Shown: positions 10,240 to 20,081 of the stretch, one piece after another
Layout of the letters: every line of letters begins with the position of its first letter
Position numbering within the stretch: the stretch's first letter is position 1
Assembly (NCBI GenBank): GCA_964573235.1
Contig: CAZNIV010000003.1
Location: 1,482-65,481, forward strand
Direction: 5' to 3'
DNA from: an uncultured Gammaproteobacteria bacterium
Lineage (GTDB): Bacteria; Patescibacteriota; Patescibacteriia; 2-01-FULL-39-33
DNA length: 64,000 nucleotides
Position numbers and translations under genes: made by a program
The notes under the pieces: model-generated
What the model was told of the DNA's origin: nothing
The model's database searches: none
The model's input: the letters and a program-made list of their open reading frames with translations, nothing else

Positions 10240-12310
10240 TTGGTTTAAGTCGAATTATTGTATCTGGTTAGCTATTTTCGGTGTTAGCTTATTTTTAGTT
10301 AATGATTTTTATTGGCATTGGCCAGTGGTTGGCTTTATTTTTTTGGGAACCTATCTTGGCGCAGTTGGGTTTATGACCTATCGTTTTCTGATTCGTTTTT
10401 TTCAATCCAGTGGCTTAATGTTGGGGTGGTTAGCAGTGTTGTTAAATATATTCTTTTTGGGGTTTGTTAATAATATTTTTTTAGCATGGTTTAAATTAAC
10501 AGATTGGACAATTTTAGTTTCATTTATTTTAGTGTTGTCTTTTAATTTTAGTTTAAAATATTTAAAATTTCCGGTAGTTACCGAGGAAAAGAAAATAAAT
10601 GAGAAAATAAATCTTTGGTTAGTGGTGTTGATGGGAGTGATTACCGCCATCGGTTTTTGGTTGATATTTAGAGGGGTAACGGGAGAATATTTAATATCTC
10701 CTTGGCAGGTTTTGGGTTTTTGGTTTGTAGTGGTGGTGTCGGTACTTGGCTTGGTGGCATTTTATTTGCCGTTTTCCAAAGAAAGTGCAAAGACGGTAAT
10801 GGTAGTGATTTTATTCTTTTCTTTCTTGGTACACGGTTATTTATTGGTTTATAATAACGGCTTTGGCGGAGATCGTTGGCGTCATTTGGGTTCAGAATAT
10901 CGTGTTATGCAGGAGATAGAATATCAACCGACGCTTTTGGCGAAAGATGTTTGGTACGCTAAGGTTTTAGGTGTTGAGGTTCCACGCGCCTTGGTTGATG
11001 GTCCAAAGATATCATATGGCTTTGGTTGGTCTTTGGCCGTTATTAGTGCTAAGGCGGGTCAAATAGATTTGTTTTTTGTAGATAAATTTTTAGGTTGGAT
11101 TATCTTCTCTTTGGCAATCCCGATTTTGCTTTATTGGGTTTTAAAGCAATTAGGTTTGGATGATAGGTTGGCGCTATTGGGTGGCGCTATGACCACTATT
11201 TTTTATGGTTGGCAATATTATGGGGCGCAGTCATTGCCAGCGGGTTATGGTTTAATTAGTTTATTGATGCTTTGGTTGTTATGGTTAGTAGTGGCTAAAA
11301 GAGAAAAGAAGTGGTTTTTTATTCCACTTATTTTTTCTGGCTTAATGTATTTTGGTTATTCCTTAGCTTTTATTTTAGCGGTTATTACGGATGTTATATT
11401 TTTGGTGTATTTATTTTCACCTAAATTTTGGTGGCTCAAGGTAATGCCTTTGTGTTTGGTTGTTTTTATTATGGAAGCTTATTCTGGCTATGGTGTTTGG
11501 CTTAATCAGTGGTCGTTAAAATCCCTTTTTGGTGCGGTAGTGGATAGGTTAAACATCTTTTTTTATGGTCAGGGTCAGTGGTTGTTGGGTGTTAATTTTT
11601 GGTCGCCATGGATCTCTCACTTAGTGGCGTTGTTAGCTTTATTTTTATTAGTGCTTGCTATTTGGCTGATTTTAAAAAAGAAAGATGGATTATCTAAATT
11701 GCCTTTGGTATTTTTAATTATTTTAACAGCTAATTATTTATTGGCGTGGCTATTTTTGGGTGGGTTGCATATTTTATCCCGTCGGTTAGATATTTTTCTG
11801 GTGATACCGTTATTAATATTGCTTAGTATTGGTTTATCCGGGATAATTAAAATTAAAAGGGTTAAATATTTTATCCCCGTTATTTTGACCTTTATTTTTA
11901 TCAATGGTTATATTACTGGCCCATTATTGGAGGCTAATATTACTAATGAGGATGTTAAGGTTATGTCTTATGTTTGGCAGGAGATTCAGGTTGATCCTCA
12001 GAAATATTGTGTCTTGGCGGATACTTGGCCACTTTTAGCCCTAGAAGCATTTTCGGCTCAACAGGTAGTGGCCGGTAATTATGAGAGTGATTTTAATCAT
12101 CAACAAGATCAGCGAGTGCGTGATTATCAATTAATTATTACAGGTATTTCTGATATTAATTTGAGTATAATAAAAAACAGTTGCATCCGAAATCAATTGA
12201 TTTTAATTCTGCCAAAAGATAATGTTAATGCTAGTCAATTCGATTTATTAAAAAAGCGGCTAGGTGAGCCGCAAATTTTTCAAAATAGTTTGGTTTACCC
12301 ACCTTTTTGA
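10214..12310 (+). CDS. large polytopic membrane protein (possible GT-C-type or YfhO-like glycosyltransferase)
   Basis: 698 aa, with more than 12 predicted TM helices and a C-terminal soluble domain. No diagnostic motif recognised. Confidence 0.45.
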   Translation: MLKNYLPFNWFKSNYCIWLAIFGVSLFLVNDFYWHWPVVGFIFLGTYLGAVGFMTYRFLIRFFQSSGLMLGWLAVLLNIFFLGFVNNIFLAWFKLTDWTILVSFILVLSFNFSLKYLKFPVVTEEKKINEKINLWLVVLMGVITAIGFWLIFRGVTGEYLISPWQVLGFWFVVVVSVLGLVAFYLPFSKESAKTVMVVILFFSFLVHGYLLVYNNGFGGDRWRHLGSEYRVMQEIEYQPTLLAKDVWYAKVLGVEVPRALVDGPKISYGFGWSLAVISAKAGQIDLFFVDKFLGWIIFSLAIPILLYWVLKQLGLDDRLALLGGAMTTIFYGWQYYGAQSLPAGYGLISLLMLWLLWLVVAKREKKWFFIPLIFSGLMYFGYSLAFILAVITDVIFLVYLFSPKFWWLKVMPLCLVVFIMEAYSGYGVWLNQWSLKSLFGAVVDRLNIFFYGQGQWLLGVNFWSPWISHLVALLALFLLVLAIWLILKKKDGLSKLPLVFLIILTANYLLAWLFLGGLHILSRRLDIFLVIPLLILLSIGLSGIIKIKRVKYFIPVILTFIFINGYITGPLLEANITNEDVKVMSYVWQEIQVDPQKYCVLADTWPLLALEAFSAQQVVAGNYESDFNHQQDQRVRDYQLIITGISDINLSIIKNSCIRNQLILILPKDNVNASQFDLLKKRLGEPQIFQNSLVYPPF

Positions 12311-13663
12311 TTATCGAATATTAAGATAAATTAATTTATTCTGTTTGTTTATACTTCCGGTAAAGTATAAATTTTGGCCGTTAGTATCAGTGATTAGGTT
12401 ATTAATTTCTGAGGTGTTATCGATTGCTAGATTGACAACGTTGCGCAATTCGCGGTTATCGATTTCAATAATTTTTATATTATCGTCAGTGGCTATAATA
12501 ATGTGTCTTCCTAATGGGTGCCAGGCGGTTGTTTTTATTTGTTTTCCAAGGCGAGTGATAATTTCGGGATTATTTTTATTGATATCGTAAAGCCAAACCT
12601 CAAAATCATTGTTAAATAGGATCACATCTTTATTGAGCCAAGAAGCCCCCGTGATGTTTATGGCGATAGGAGAATCGTTGCCACTAAGATCAATAATCGC
12701 GCCGTTAGCCTTTTCTAGATTAGCAATAACTAGACGGTCACTATTTAGGGAAGTTAAAAACTTACCATCATTAAAATCTAGTTGAGATAGTTGGCGAATG
12801 GTTTTATTTTTATTAATTGCTATTAACTGTTTTTCGTTAATGGCGTAAATGGTGTCATTATTAATCAAATAGTCGCTAATTTTTTTATCCTTTAAAATAA
12901 TGGAATTTTGTTTTTTAATTAAATCAATTTGCCATAAGTTTGAACCAGCTAGCGCAAAAATAATAGTTCCGGCGTTGTTGATGCGTGCTATAGTTGTTTG
13001 AGGTGGAATTAGTGATGTTATTTTTGTTAAATTAATATTGCTAAAAAAATAACGGCCATTAGTTAAAAGGTAATAGTCTATTTGATTTTTATTGTTTTTT
13101 GTTTTTAATAAAGTTTTATAACCACCAATATTCCAATCGTAACTTTCAATGATCGTTCCAATTCCAAGACTGGCTATTGCTTGGTAGCTGGCCGAGGCGG
13201 TATCTAGGAAGTTTAGCGATCCCTTATTATCTATAAAATAAGCATCTTGTTTGTTGGGAGAAATGGCTATTTGACCGCTAGAGGCAATATTTGTCAGGGG
13301 TGAAGATGTAGTTTGCTTCCAGAGTAAAATATTTTCGGCAAAAGAAGTATAGTTTTCGTAAATAGGTAATTTTTTCTCCCAAGAATAGTAGCCGGGTTTA
13401 CTTAATTTAATATTATAATTGCCAGGCATTAAATTTTCTAAACGAGTAGGTGTGTTTTTTTCAGTATATTTATCGTTGAGGGTAATATCAGCCTTTTTGG
13501 GGTTGGAAGAAATAACTAAAATACCGGTTTGTTGGATGTGTTGATTTTTAAAATTAAAACGATACCCTTGAGTGTAAAAAATAATTAAGGGCGTGACAAT
13601 TAAAAATAGAATAATAAATAGGGAATAGGTGATGCGACGATAAATGAGTTCGCTTTTATTCAT
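12311..13663 (-). CDS. PEGA-domain protein with C-terminal beta-propeller-like region
   Basis: N-terminal TM helix. PEGA-like segment ending in the characteristic P-G-x-Y pattern (ENLMPGNYNIKLSKPGYYSWEKKL). Overlaps the murA stop by 8 nt, so probably co-transcribed. Confidence 0.55.
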   Translation of the reverse strand: MNKSELIYRRITYSLFIILFLIVTPLIIFYTQGYRFNFKNQHIQQTGILVISSNPKKADITLNDKYTEKNTPTRLENLMPGNYNIKLSKPGYYSWEKKLPIYENYTSFAENILLWKQTTSSPLTNIASSGQIAISPNKQDAYFIDNKGSLNFLDTASASYQAIASLGIGTIIESYDWNIGGYKTLLKTKNNKNQIDYYLLTNGRYFFSNINLTKITSLIPPQTTIARINNAGTIIFALAGSNLWQIDLIKKQNSIILKDKKISDYLINNDTIYAINEKQLIAINKNKTIRQLSQLDFNDGKFLTSLNSDRLVIANLEKANGAIIDLSGNDSPIAINITGASWLNKDVILFNNDFEVWLYDINKNNPEIITRLGKQIKTTAWHPLGRHIIIATDDNIKIIEIDNRELRNVVNLAIDNTSEINNLITDTNGQNLYFTGSINKQNKLIYLNIR

Positions 13664-14909
13664 TGACTTTAGAGATATTAGCGCCTAGGGATTGTAATCT
13701 GGTGATGATATTTTCGTAACCACGCTCAATTTGATAGATATTTTCTACGGTAGTAGTGCCTTCGGCAATTAAGCCAGCTAAAACCAATGCCATGCCAGCG
13801 CGTAAGTCGGGACTTTCTAATTTTTTGCCAATTAGTTGAGTGGGGCCATGAACAATGACACGATGAGGGTCGCACATGATGATGTTGGCGCCCATATTGG
13901 ATAGTTTGTCGGTGTAAAATAAGCGACCTTCATAAATGGTTTCGTGGATTAAGCTTTGACCATGTGCTTGAGTCATTAAAACAGTAAATGGCGCTTGCAA
14001 GTCGGTGGCAAAACCTGGGTATTCGTGGGTGCGTAATTCTATGCCATGAAAGATACCTTTTTTGGTTTTAATCCAATTAGAACCAATTTCTAATTCGGCC
14101 CCTGCTTTTTGCAAGGTGAATAGTTCGTTTTCTAGATGATGTGGGTTGCAATTAGTGATAGTGACTTCACTACCAGTAATTAATCCCATAACCACAAAGG
14201 TACCAGCTTCAATACGGTCGGGAATTAGTTCACAAGTACCACCAGATATTTTTTCAACACCCTCGATAGTAATTATGGGAGTTCCAGCGCCAGTAATTTT
14301 AGCCCCGCAATTATTTAAATGCTCAGCTAGGGCGGTAATTTCTGGTTCCATAGCCGCATTGATAATGGTGGTAGTTCCTTCGGCTAAGCAAGCGGTCATC
14401 ATCATGCTTTCGGTGACAGTAACAGAAATCCAAGGTAAAACAATTTTAGCTCCCTTAAGTTTATTTGCTTTTAGAGTGTAAAAATTTTCATGTTCAAAAA
14501 TTTTGGCGCCCAATGATTTGAAACCACTTAAAAACATGTCGATTGGTCTTTTGCCAATAACGCAACCACCCGGGTGAGCCATGGTTACTTCGCCAAAGCG
14601 GGCGAGGAGTGGACCAGCTACCATAATAGAAGAACGCAATCTTTCGGAAAGTTTGGGATCAGGGGAAAAGCGATTGATACTTTTGGATTCAATAGTTAGG
14701 GTTGATCCTTCTCTGGTGACCTTAGCTCCGATGTTTTCTAATATTTCTACTAATCTTTTAATATCTTCAATATCAGGAACATTTTTAATGATAGTAGTTT
14801 CTTCTGATAAAATAGCGGCTGGTAAGATTTTTAGCGCTTCATTTTTAGCGCCAGCAACGGAGATGGTTCCGCTTAGCTTTTGACCGCCCTTAATAACATA
14901 TTTTTCCAT
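13656..14909 (-). CDS. murA: UDP-N-acetylglucosamine 1-carboxyvinyltransferase MurA
   Basis: Full-length EPSP-synthase-fold match, including the catalytic Cys loop region. Confidence 0.9.
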   Translation of the reverse strand: MEKYVIKGGQKLSGTISVAGAKNEALKILPAAILSEETTIIKNVPDIEDIKRLVEILENIGAKVTREGSTLTIESKSINRFSPDPKLSERLRSSIMVAGPLLARFGEVTMAHPGGCVIGKRPIDMFLSGFKSLGAKIFEHENFYTLKANKLKGAKIVLPWISVTVTESMMMTACLAEGTTTIINAAMEPEITALAEHLNNCGAKITGAGTPIITIEGVEKISGGTCELIPDRIEAGTFVVMGLITGSEVTITNCNPHHLENELFTLQKAGAELEIGSNWIKTKKGIFHGIELRTHEYPGFATDLQAPFTVLMTQAHGQSLIHETIYEGRLFYTDKLSNMGANIIMCDPHRVIVHGPTQLIGKKLESPDLRAGMALVLAGLIAEGTTTVENIYQIERGYENIITRLQSLGANISKVNE

Positions 14910-15063
14910 GGATATAATAGCTTTATGATTGTTGGTTTATGGGTAATATGTTAGCATATTTTACATTTTTTTTAAATAGCCGTGGGGATTATTAAAATTT
15001 AATCAATTATTGCGGTAAAAGGTGCTTTCTGGTAAAATTAATTAATAATTAATTATTTGATTT

Positions 15064-16344
15064 ATGGATTTGAAAGTTAATCGAAGAGTATATTTTATTG
15101 GCTTGATTTTTTTAGTGATTGTTGGTGCTTTTGGAGCGGGTTATTGGTCTGGTGCGGAGCGTCAGATAGGGGTTGAAAAAAAAGTAGCTCAAAAAATTGA
15201 AGTTAATAGCACCTCTACTCCCGTTGGGCAGGTAGAAAATATCAATACTCCACCCCCAGCTTTTTTGAGTAAGGATGTAGACTTTAAATTATTTTGGCAA
15301 ACCTGGGAATTGGTTAAGAGTAATTATTATCAAAAGAATGTTCCGGATACTAAATTATTTTATGGCGCCTTGCAAGGAATGGTTGCCTCCTTGGGTGATC
15401 CGTATACTGTTTTTATGACCCCGCAGGAATCTCAGGATTTTAAGGATAGTTTTAATGGAAGTTTTGAAGGGATTGGAGCGGAGATTAGTATTAAGAATAA
15501 TGTTTTAACCATAGTCACACCGTTACCAGATACTCCAGCTGATAAAGCTAAATTGCGTGCGGGTGATATTATTACCAAGATAAATGGCAAGAGTACCGAA
15601 AATATGTCGGTCAATACAGCTGTTAGTTTGATTCGTGGTAAAAAAGGCACAGCAGTAACTTTGGCTATTTTTAGAACTGGTTTTGATAAGCCAAGGGATT
15701 TTGCGATTACGCGAGATGCGATTCTAGTTAAAAGCGTTAGCTTGGAATATAAAGAGGGTGGTGATGTGGCTTATATTAAGGTTCGTCAATTTAACGATGA
15801 TACAATGCCACTTTTAGATGAAGCCATTGCTAATATTGAAAAGCGTAGCGTTAAAGGTATTATTTTAGATTTGCGCAATAATCCCGGTGGTTATTTAGAG
15901 TCAGCTATTGAGATGAGTAGCGAGTGGATTGGCAATAAGATTTCTGTTTCCGAAAAGTCTCGTGATGGATTGAGTACAGATCATCGTTTAAATCATGAGG
16001 CGCGTTTGGATAATTATTCAACGGTAGTATTAGTTAATCAGGGAAGCGCTTCTGCTTCGGAGATTGTTTCTGGTGCTTTGAAAGATTGGGGTAAGGCTAA
16101 AATTGTGGGTATGAAAACCTTTGGCAAGGGTTCTGTGCAAAATTTATTACCACTTGGCGAAGGTTCTTCTTTAAAGGTAACTATTGCAAAGTGGTTTACG
16201 CCAAAGGGGGTTTCTATTCAAGATGAAGGAATTACTCCAGATGTGGTAATTGACTTAACCGAAAAAGATTATAACGAAAATAAGGATCCTCAACTGGATA
16301 AGGCAATAGAAATCATTAAACCAGTAGTAACGGTTAAAAAATAA
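15064..16344 (+). CDS. ctpA: carboxyl-terminal processing protease (S41 family, PDZ-containing)
   Basis: N-terminal TM helix, PDZ domain, and an S41 catalytic region (GSASASE, K dyad). Confidence 0.85.
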   Translation: MDLKVNRRVYFIGLIFLVIVGAFGAGYWSGAERQIGVEKKVAQKIEVNSTSTPVGQVENINTPPPAFLSKDVDFKLFWQTWELVKSNYYQKNVPDTKLFYGALQGMVASLGDPYTVFMTPQESQDFKDSFNGSFEGIGAEISIKNNVLTIVTPLPDTPADKAKLRAGDIITKINGKSTENMSVNTAVSLIRGKKGTAVTLAIFRTGFDKPRDFAITRDAILVKSVSLEYKEGGDVAYIKVRQFNDDTMPLLDEAIANIEKRSVKGIILDLRNNPGGYLESAIEMSSEWIGNKISVSEKSRDGLSTDHRLNHEARLDNYSTVVLVNQGSASASEIVSGALKDWGKAKIVGMKTFGKGSVQNLLPLGEGSSLKVTIAKWFTPKGVSIQDEGITPDVVIDLTEKDYNENKDPQLDKAIEIIKPVVTVKK

Positions 16345-16350
16345 GTTATA

Positions 16351-16382
16351 AAAAAACACCCCGCAAAAGCGAGGTGTTTTTT
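16351..16382. terminator. bidirectional terminator between ctpA and rpmA
   Basis: A-run, hairpin CACCCCGC/GCGAGGTG with one mismatch, T-run. Confidence 0.5.
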
Positions 16383-16391
16383 GGTATGTAA

Positions 16392-16664
16392 CTATTCAAC
16401 ATTAACGAATTGAGCGTATTCTAGTTTACCATTGAATTTTTTAATCTTCTTTTTATTGAAGTTAACTTTTCCGGTGGTAATAGAGTAAAGAGAATCGTCT
16501 TTAGCTAATTCTACATTTTTACCTGGGCGATAGTTAGTGCCCCTCTGTCTAATGATAATGGATCCTGGTTTAGCGATTTCACCAGCATATAACTTAACAC
16601 CCAAACGCTGTGCATTTGAATCTCGGCCTAATCTAGTACTACCGCCTGCTTTTTTATGTGACAT
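16392..16664 (-). CDS. rpmA: 50S ribosomal protein L27
   Basis: [24 protein letters not shown]... is a canonical L27 sequence. Confidence 0.9.
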   Translation of the reverse strand: MSHKKAGGSTRLGRDSNAQRLGVKLYAGEIAKPGSIIIRQRGTNYRPGKNVELAKDDSLYSITTGKVNFNKKKIKKFNGKLEYAQFVNVE

Positions 16665-16786
16665 ACTGCGTCTTATTAGTTATCATGATTTACAGGTAAT
16701 ATTCTATCCAATTTTGCCATAAATGTCAAGGGTTTTGATAAAGTTGGATTTTTGTTATAATAAAAGCGTAATTATAAGGATTATTT

Positions 16787-17623
16787 ATGGTTAATAAAAT
16801 AGCGTTTATTTGCTTATTGGGAGTGGCTTTAATGGCCTCCGGTTGTCAGCGCGAGTTGATAGTGGAAATAGATAATAATCTCGTTCAAACTGGATCAGTT
16901 TCTGTTATTAATAAAGAGAGGCCCTCTTCGTCTGGTGTTTTGAGTTCTACGGCAAAAATTACATTGCCAATAGCAAAAGAGGCAGTAGGTTTAGTGGTAC
17001 CAAAAAAAGAGCGAATAACTATTCCAGCATCTTTTGATAATATAGTTCCTTTTGTTTCGCAAGCCCCATTACGTGATTGGTCTATGCCATATCAGGAAGC
17101 ATGCGAAGAGGCTTCAATGATTTCGGCGGATAAATTTCTAGGCCGTCAGGGGGTGGAGAAAAATAGTTTAAATAAGGAATTGTTGGATTTAATCGCTTGG
17201 GAGGAAAAAAATAGTTATCCCATAGATGTTAATGCTTCTGATATGGTAAAGATTTTAAGGGATTATTTTGGTATCGAGGCTAAATTATTTTTCAAGCCAT
17301 CAGTGGATTTAATAAAATATGAATTATCACAGGGGCGCATTATTTTGGTGCCAACTTCAGGCCGTGATTTGGGTAATCCATATTTTCATCAACCAGGTCC
17401 AATTTATCATATGCTAGTTATTAGGGGTTATAATGGCAATAATTTTATTACCAATGATGTGGGTACTAACACTAAAGGGGAGGCAATGAAATATAATGTA
17501 AATAAATTAATGTCCACGATTCATGATTGGAATTACGTTTTAGGTAAAGATGGCATGACTTTGGATGAAATGCGCTTGGGCGAAAGTGTGATTATTGTGA
17601 TTAATGGTTATTTGCCAAAATAG
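16787..17623 (+). CDS. lipoprotein with C39-like peptidase domain
   Basis: Signal peptide with lipobox-like ASGC. VSQAP...W...PYQEACEEASM resembles the Peptidase_C39-like fold. Confidence 0.4.
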   Translation: MVNKIAFICLLGVALMASGCQRELIVEIDNNLVQTGSVSVINKERPSSSGVLSSTAKITLPIAKEAVGLVVPKKERITIPASFDNIVPFVSQAPLRDWSMPYQEACEEASMISADKFLGRQGVEKNSLNKELLDLIAWEEKNSYPIDVNASDMVKILRDYFGIEAKLFFKPSVDLIKYELSQGRIILVPTSGRDLGNPYFHQPGPIYHMLVIRGYNGNNFITNDVGTNTKGEAMKYNVNKLMSTIHDWNYVLGKDGMTLDEMRLGESVIIVINGYLPK

Positions 17624-17686
17624 CCCTTTTGTGGTTAAATTAAGATGTTGTTGCTAGTATTGTTATAGTTAAATATTAAATTTTAT

Positions 17687-18067
17687 ATGTATAATGAAAA
17701 AGTATTAGATCATTTTTCTCATCCCAGGAATCAAGGAGTAATTAAGGATGCTGATGGAGTTGGTCAAGTGGGTAATCAAAAGTGTGGTGATATCATGAAG
17801 GTTTATATTAAAGTTGCTAAAAATAAGACTAAACAAGAAGTAATAAAAAATATTAAGTTTGAAACTTTGGGTTGTGGCGCAGCTATAGCCACTTCTTCGA
17901 TGTTAACTGAAATGGCTAAGGGAAAAACAATTACTGAGGCTTCAAAAATTGGTAAATTAGATATTGCCAATGCTTTGGGTGGTTTGCCTGAGGCAAAACT
18001 GCATTGTTCTGTTTTGGCGCACGAAGCCTTGGCAGAGGCAATTAAAGATTATGAACAAAAAAAGTAA
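17687..18067 (+). CDS. iscU: Fe-S cluster assembly scaffold IscU/NifU N-terminal domain
   Basis: Conserved Cys triad (GDIMK.., LGCGAA, LHCS). Confidence 0.85.
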   Translation: MYNEKVLDHFSHPRNQGVIKDADGVGQVGNQKCGDIMKVYIKVAKNKTKQEVIKNIKFETLGCGAAIATSSMLTEMAKGKTITEASKIGKLDIANALGGLPEAKLHCSVLAHEALAEAIKDYEQKK

Positions 18068-18308
18068 TATGCCAAGAAAAAGCGTGGAAACAAAAATTCG
18101 TGAAGCCTTGGATGTAGTACGACCACATCTACAAATGGATGGTGGTAATGTGGAGTTTGTTGCTTATGATAGTAAAAATAAAATAGTAAGCGTTAAGTTA
18201 CAGGGCGCTTGCCATGGTTGCCCGATGGCAGAAATGACTTTACAAAATGGCATTGGTCGGATTGTGAAGCAAAAAGTAAAAGAAGTTAAAGAGGTGGTGG
18301 CAGTTTAA
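18051..18308 (+). CDS. NifU C-terminal / NFU-type Fe-S assembly protein
   Basis: CHGCP CxxC motif, about 85 aa. Start placed at an internal ATG (18051 or 18069), because the track ORF extends back into iscU in another frame. Confidence 0.7.
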   Translation: MNKKSNMPRKSVETKIREALDVVRPHLQMDGGNVEFVAYDSKNKIVSVKLQGACHGCPMAEMTLQNGIGRIVKQKVKEVKEVVAV

Positions 18309-18325
18309 TTAAATTATTTTTTAAT

Positions 18326-19336
18326 ATGAAATTGTTAGTTACTGGTGGTGCTGGATTTATTGGTTCTAATTTTATTCGTTATTGGTTAAAAAAATATTCT
18401 CAAGACCAGATTGTTAATTTGGATAAATTGACCTATGCTGGTAACTTAGAAAATTTGCATGAGCTTGCTGGCCAGAGTAATTATAAATTTATCAAGGGTG
18501 ATATTTGCGATCGAGAATTGGTTAATTCTTTAGTAAGTGATTGTGATATAATTGTGCATTTTGCCGCAGAGAGTCATGTAGATCGCTCTATCGCCGATTC
18601 TACGCCATTTATTGTGACTAATGTTTTAGGTACTCAGGTATTGTTGGATGCGGCGGTTAAAAATGGCAATAAACGATTTCATCATGTGTCTACGGATGAA
18701 GTTTTTGGCGCCCTGCCCTTAACCGGAGAGGAAAAGTTCACTGAAGATACTGCTTATAATCCACATAGTCCGTATGCGGCCTCTAAGGCGGCTTCGGATC
18801 ATTTGGTGCGTGCTTTTGGCGACACCTTTGGTTTGCCTTATACTATTTCTAATTGTTCTAATAATTTTGGGCCATGGCAATTTCCAGAAAAGTTTTTACC
18901 ATTGATGATTACTAATTTAATGGAAGGAAAAAAAATTCCAGTTTATGGTGATGGTCAATATGTTAGAGATTGGTTGTATGTCGATGATCATTGTCGGGCT
19001 ATTGATTTAATTTTGCATCAAGGAAAAGTAGGAGAAACTTATTGTATCGGTGGAATGGATAAAGATGTAAATAACTTAGAATTAGTAAAAAAAGTTTTAC
19101 AGATTATGAATTTATCTGAAGATCGCATTGAGTTTATTAAAGATCGTCCTGGTCATGATCGTCGCTATGCAGTTGATTTTAATAAAGCTAAAATAGAGTT
19201 GGGTTATGAGCCTCAATATAATTTAGATGAGTATTTAAGGTTAACGGTAGAGTGGTATGTGAATAATAAAGATTGGTGGCAAGGGGTAAAGAGTGGCGAA
19301 TATAAAAAATATTACGAAAAACAATATACACAATAA
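18326..19336 (+). CDS. rmlB: dTDP-glucose 4,6-dehydratase
   Basis: GGAGFIGSNF Rossmann motif, a YxxxK catalytic region, and RmlB-like sequence throughout. Confidence 0.9.
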   Translation: MKLLVTGGAGFIGSNFIRYWLKKYSQDQIVNLDKLTYAGNLENLHELAGQSNYKFIKGDICDRELVNSLVSDCDIIVHFAAESHVDRSIADSTPFIVTNVLGTQVLLDAAVKNGNKRFHHVSTDEVFGALPLTGEEKFTEDTAYNPHSPYAASKAASDHLVRAFGDTFGLPYTISNCSNNFGPWQFPEKFLPLMITNLMEGKKIPVYGDGQYVRDWLYVDDHCRAIDLILHQGKVGETYCIGGMDKDVNNLELVKKVLQIMNLSEDRIEFIKDRPGHDRRYAVDFNKAKIELGYEPQYNLDEYLRLTVEWYVNNKDWWQGVKSGEYKKYYEKQYTQ

Positions 19337-19337
19337 T

Positions 19338-20081
19338 ATGAAAGGAATTATTTTAGCGGGTGGTTACGGAACTAGATTGTTGCCTTGTACTAAGGTAACT
19401 AATAAACATTTATTGCCAGTTTATGATCGTCCGATGATTATGTATCCATTAAATACTTTAGTTCAAGCTGGAATCAGGGATATTATGATTGTCTCTGGCA
19501 CTGGTCATGCGGGACATTTTTTGGAGTTATTGGGATCTGGTCGCGATCTTGGTGTTAGATTATCTTATGCGGTGCAAGAAAAGGCTGGTGGCATTGCTGA
19601 AGCTTTGGGTCTGTGCGAAGATTTCGCTGATAATGATAAAATTGCGGTGATCTTAGGGGATAATATTTTTTTGGAGCAAGCTCAAATTAATAAGGCGGTA
19701 AAAGATTTTGATGTACAAAATCGAGGCGCCAAGATTCTAATCAAAGAAGTGGCAAATCCTAAGCGCTTCGGAGTAGCAGAGATTGCCGATGGCAACGTTA
19801 TTGGTATTGAAGAAAAGCCGGCCGAACCAAAATCTAATTATGCAGTAACTGGATTTTATTGTTACGATGGTCAAGTGTGGGAAATAGTTAAAACCCTAAA
19901 ACCATCTGGGCGCGGTGAATTAGAAATTACGGATGTAAATAATTATTATCTCAATAATAGTTTATTGACTTGCGAAATTTATCACGGTGACTGGACTGAT
20001 GCTGGTACACTAGATTCTTTATTAAAGGCTGCTAATTTAGTAGCTAATAAAACTAAAAAAGACTTTTTGTATGTTGAATAA
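19338..20081 (+). CDS. rmlA: glucose-1-phosphate thymidylyltransferase (short)
   Basis: MKGIILAGGYGTRLLP...PMIMYPL matches RmlA. I chose the ATG at 19338 over 19293. Confidence 0.8.
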   Translation: MKGIILAGGYGTRLLPCTKVTNKHLLPVYDRPMIMYPLNTLVQAGIRDIMIVSGTGHAGHFLELLGSGRDLGVRLSYAVQEKAGGIAEALGLCEDFADNDKIAVILGDNIFLEQAQINKAVKDFDVQNRGAKILIKEVANPKRFGVAEIADGNVIGIEEKPAEPKSNYAVTGFYCYDGQVWEIVKTLKPSGRGELEITDVNNYYLNNSLLTCEIYHGDWTDAGTLDSLLKAANLVANKTKKDFLYVE

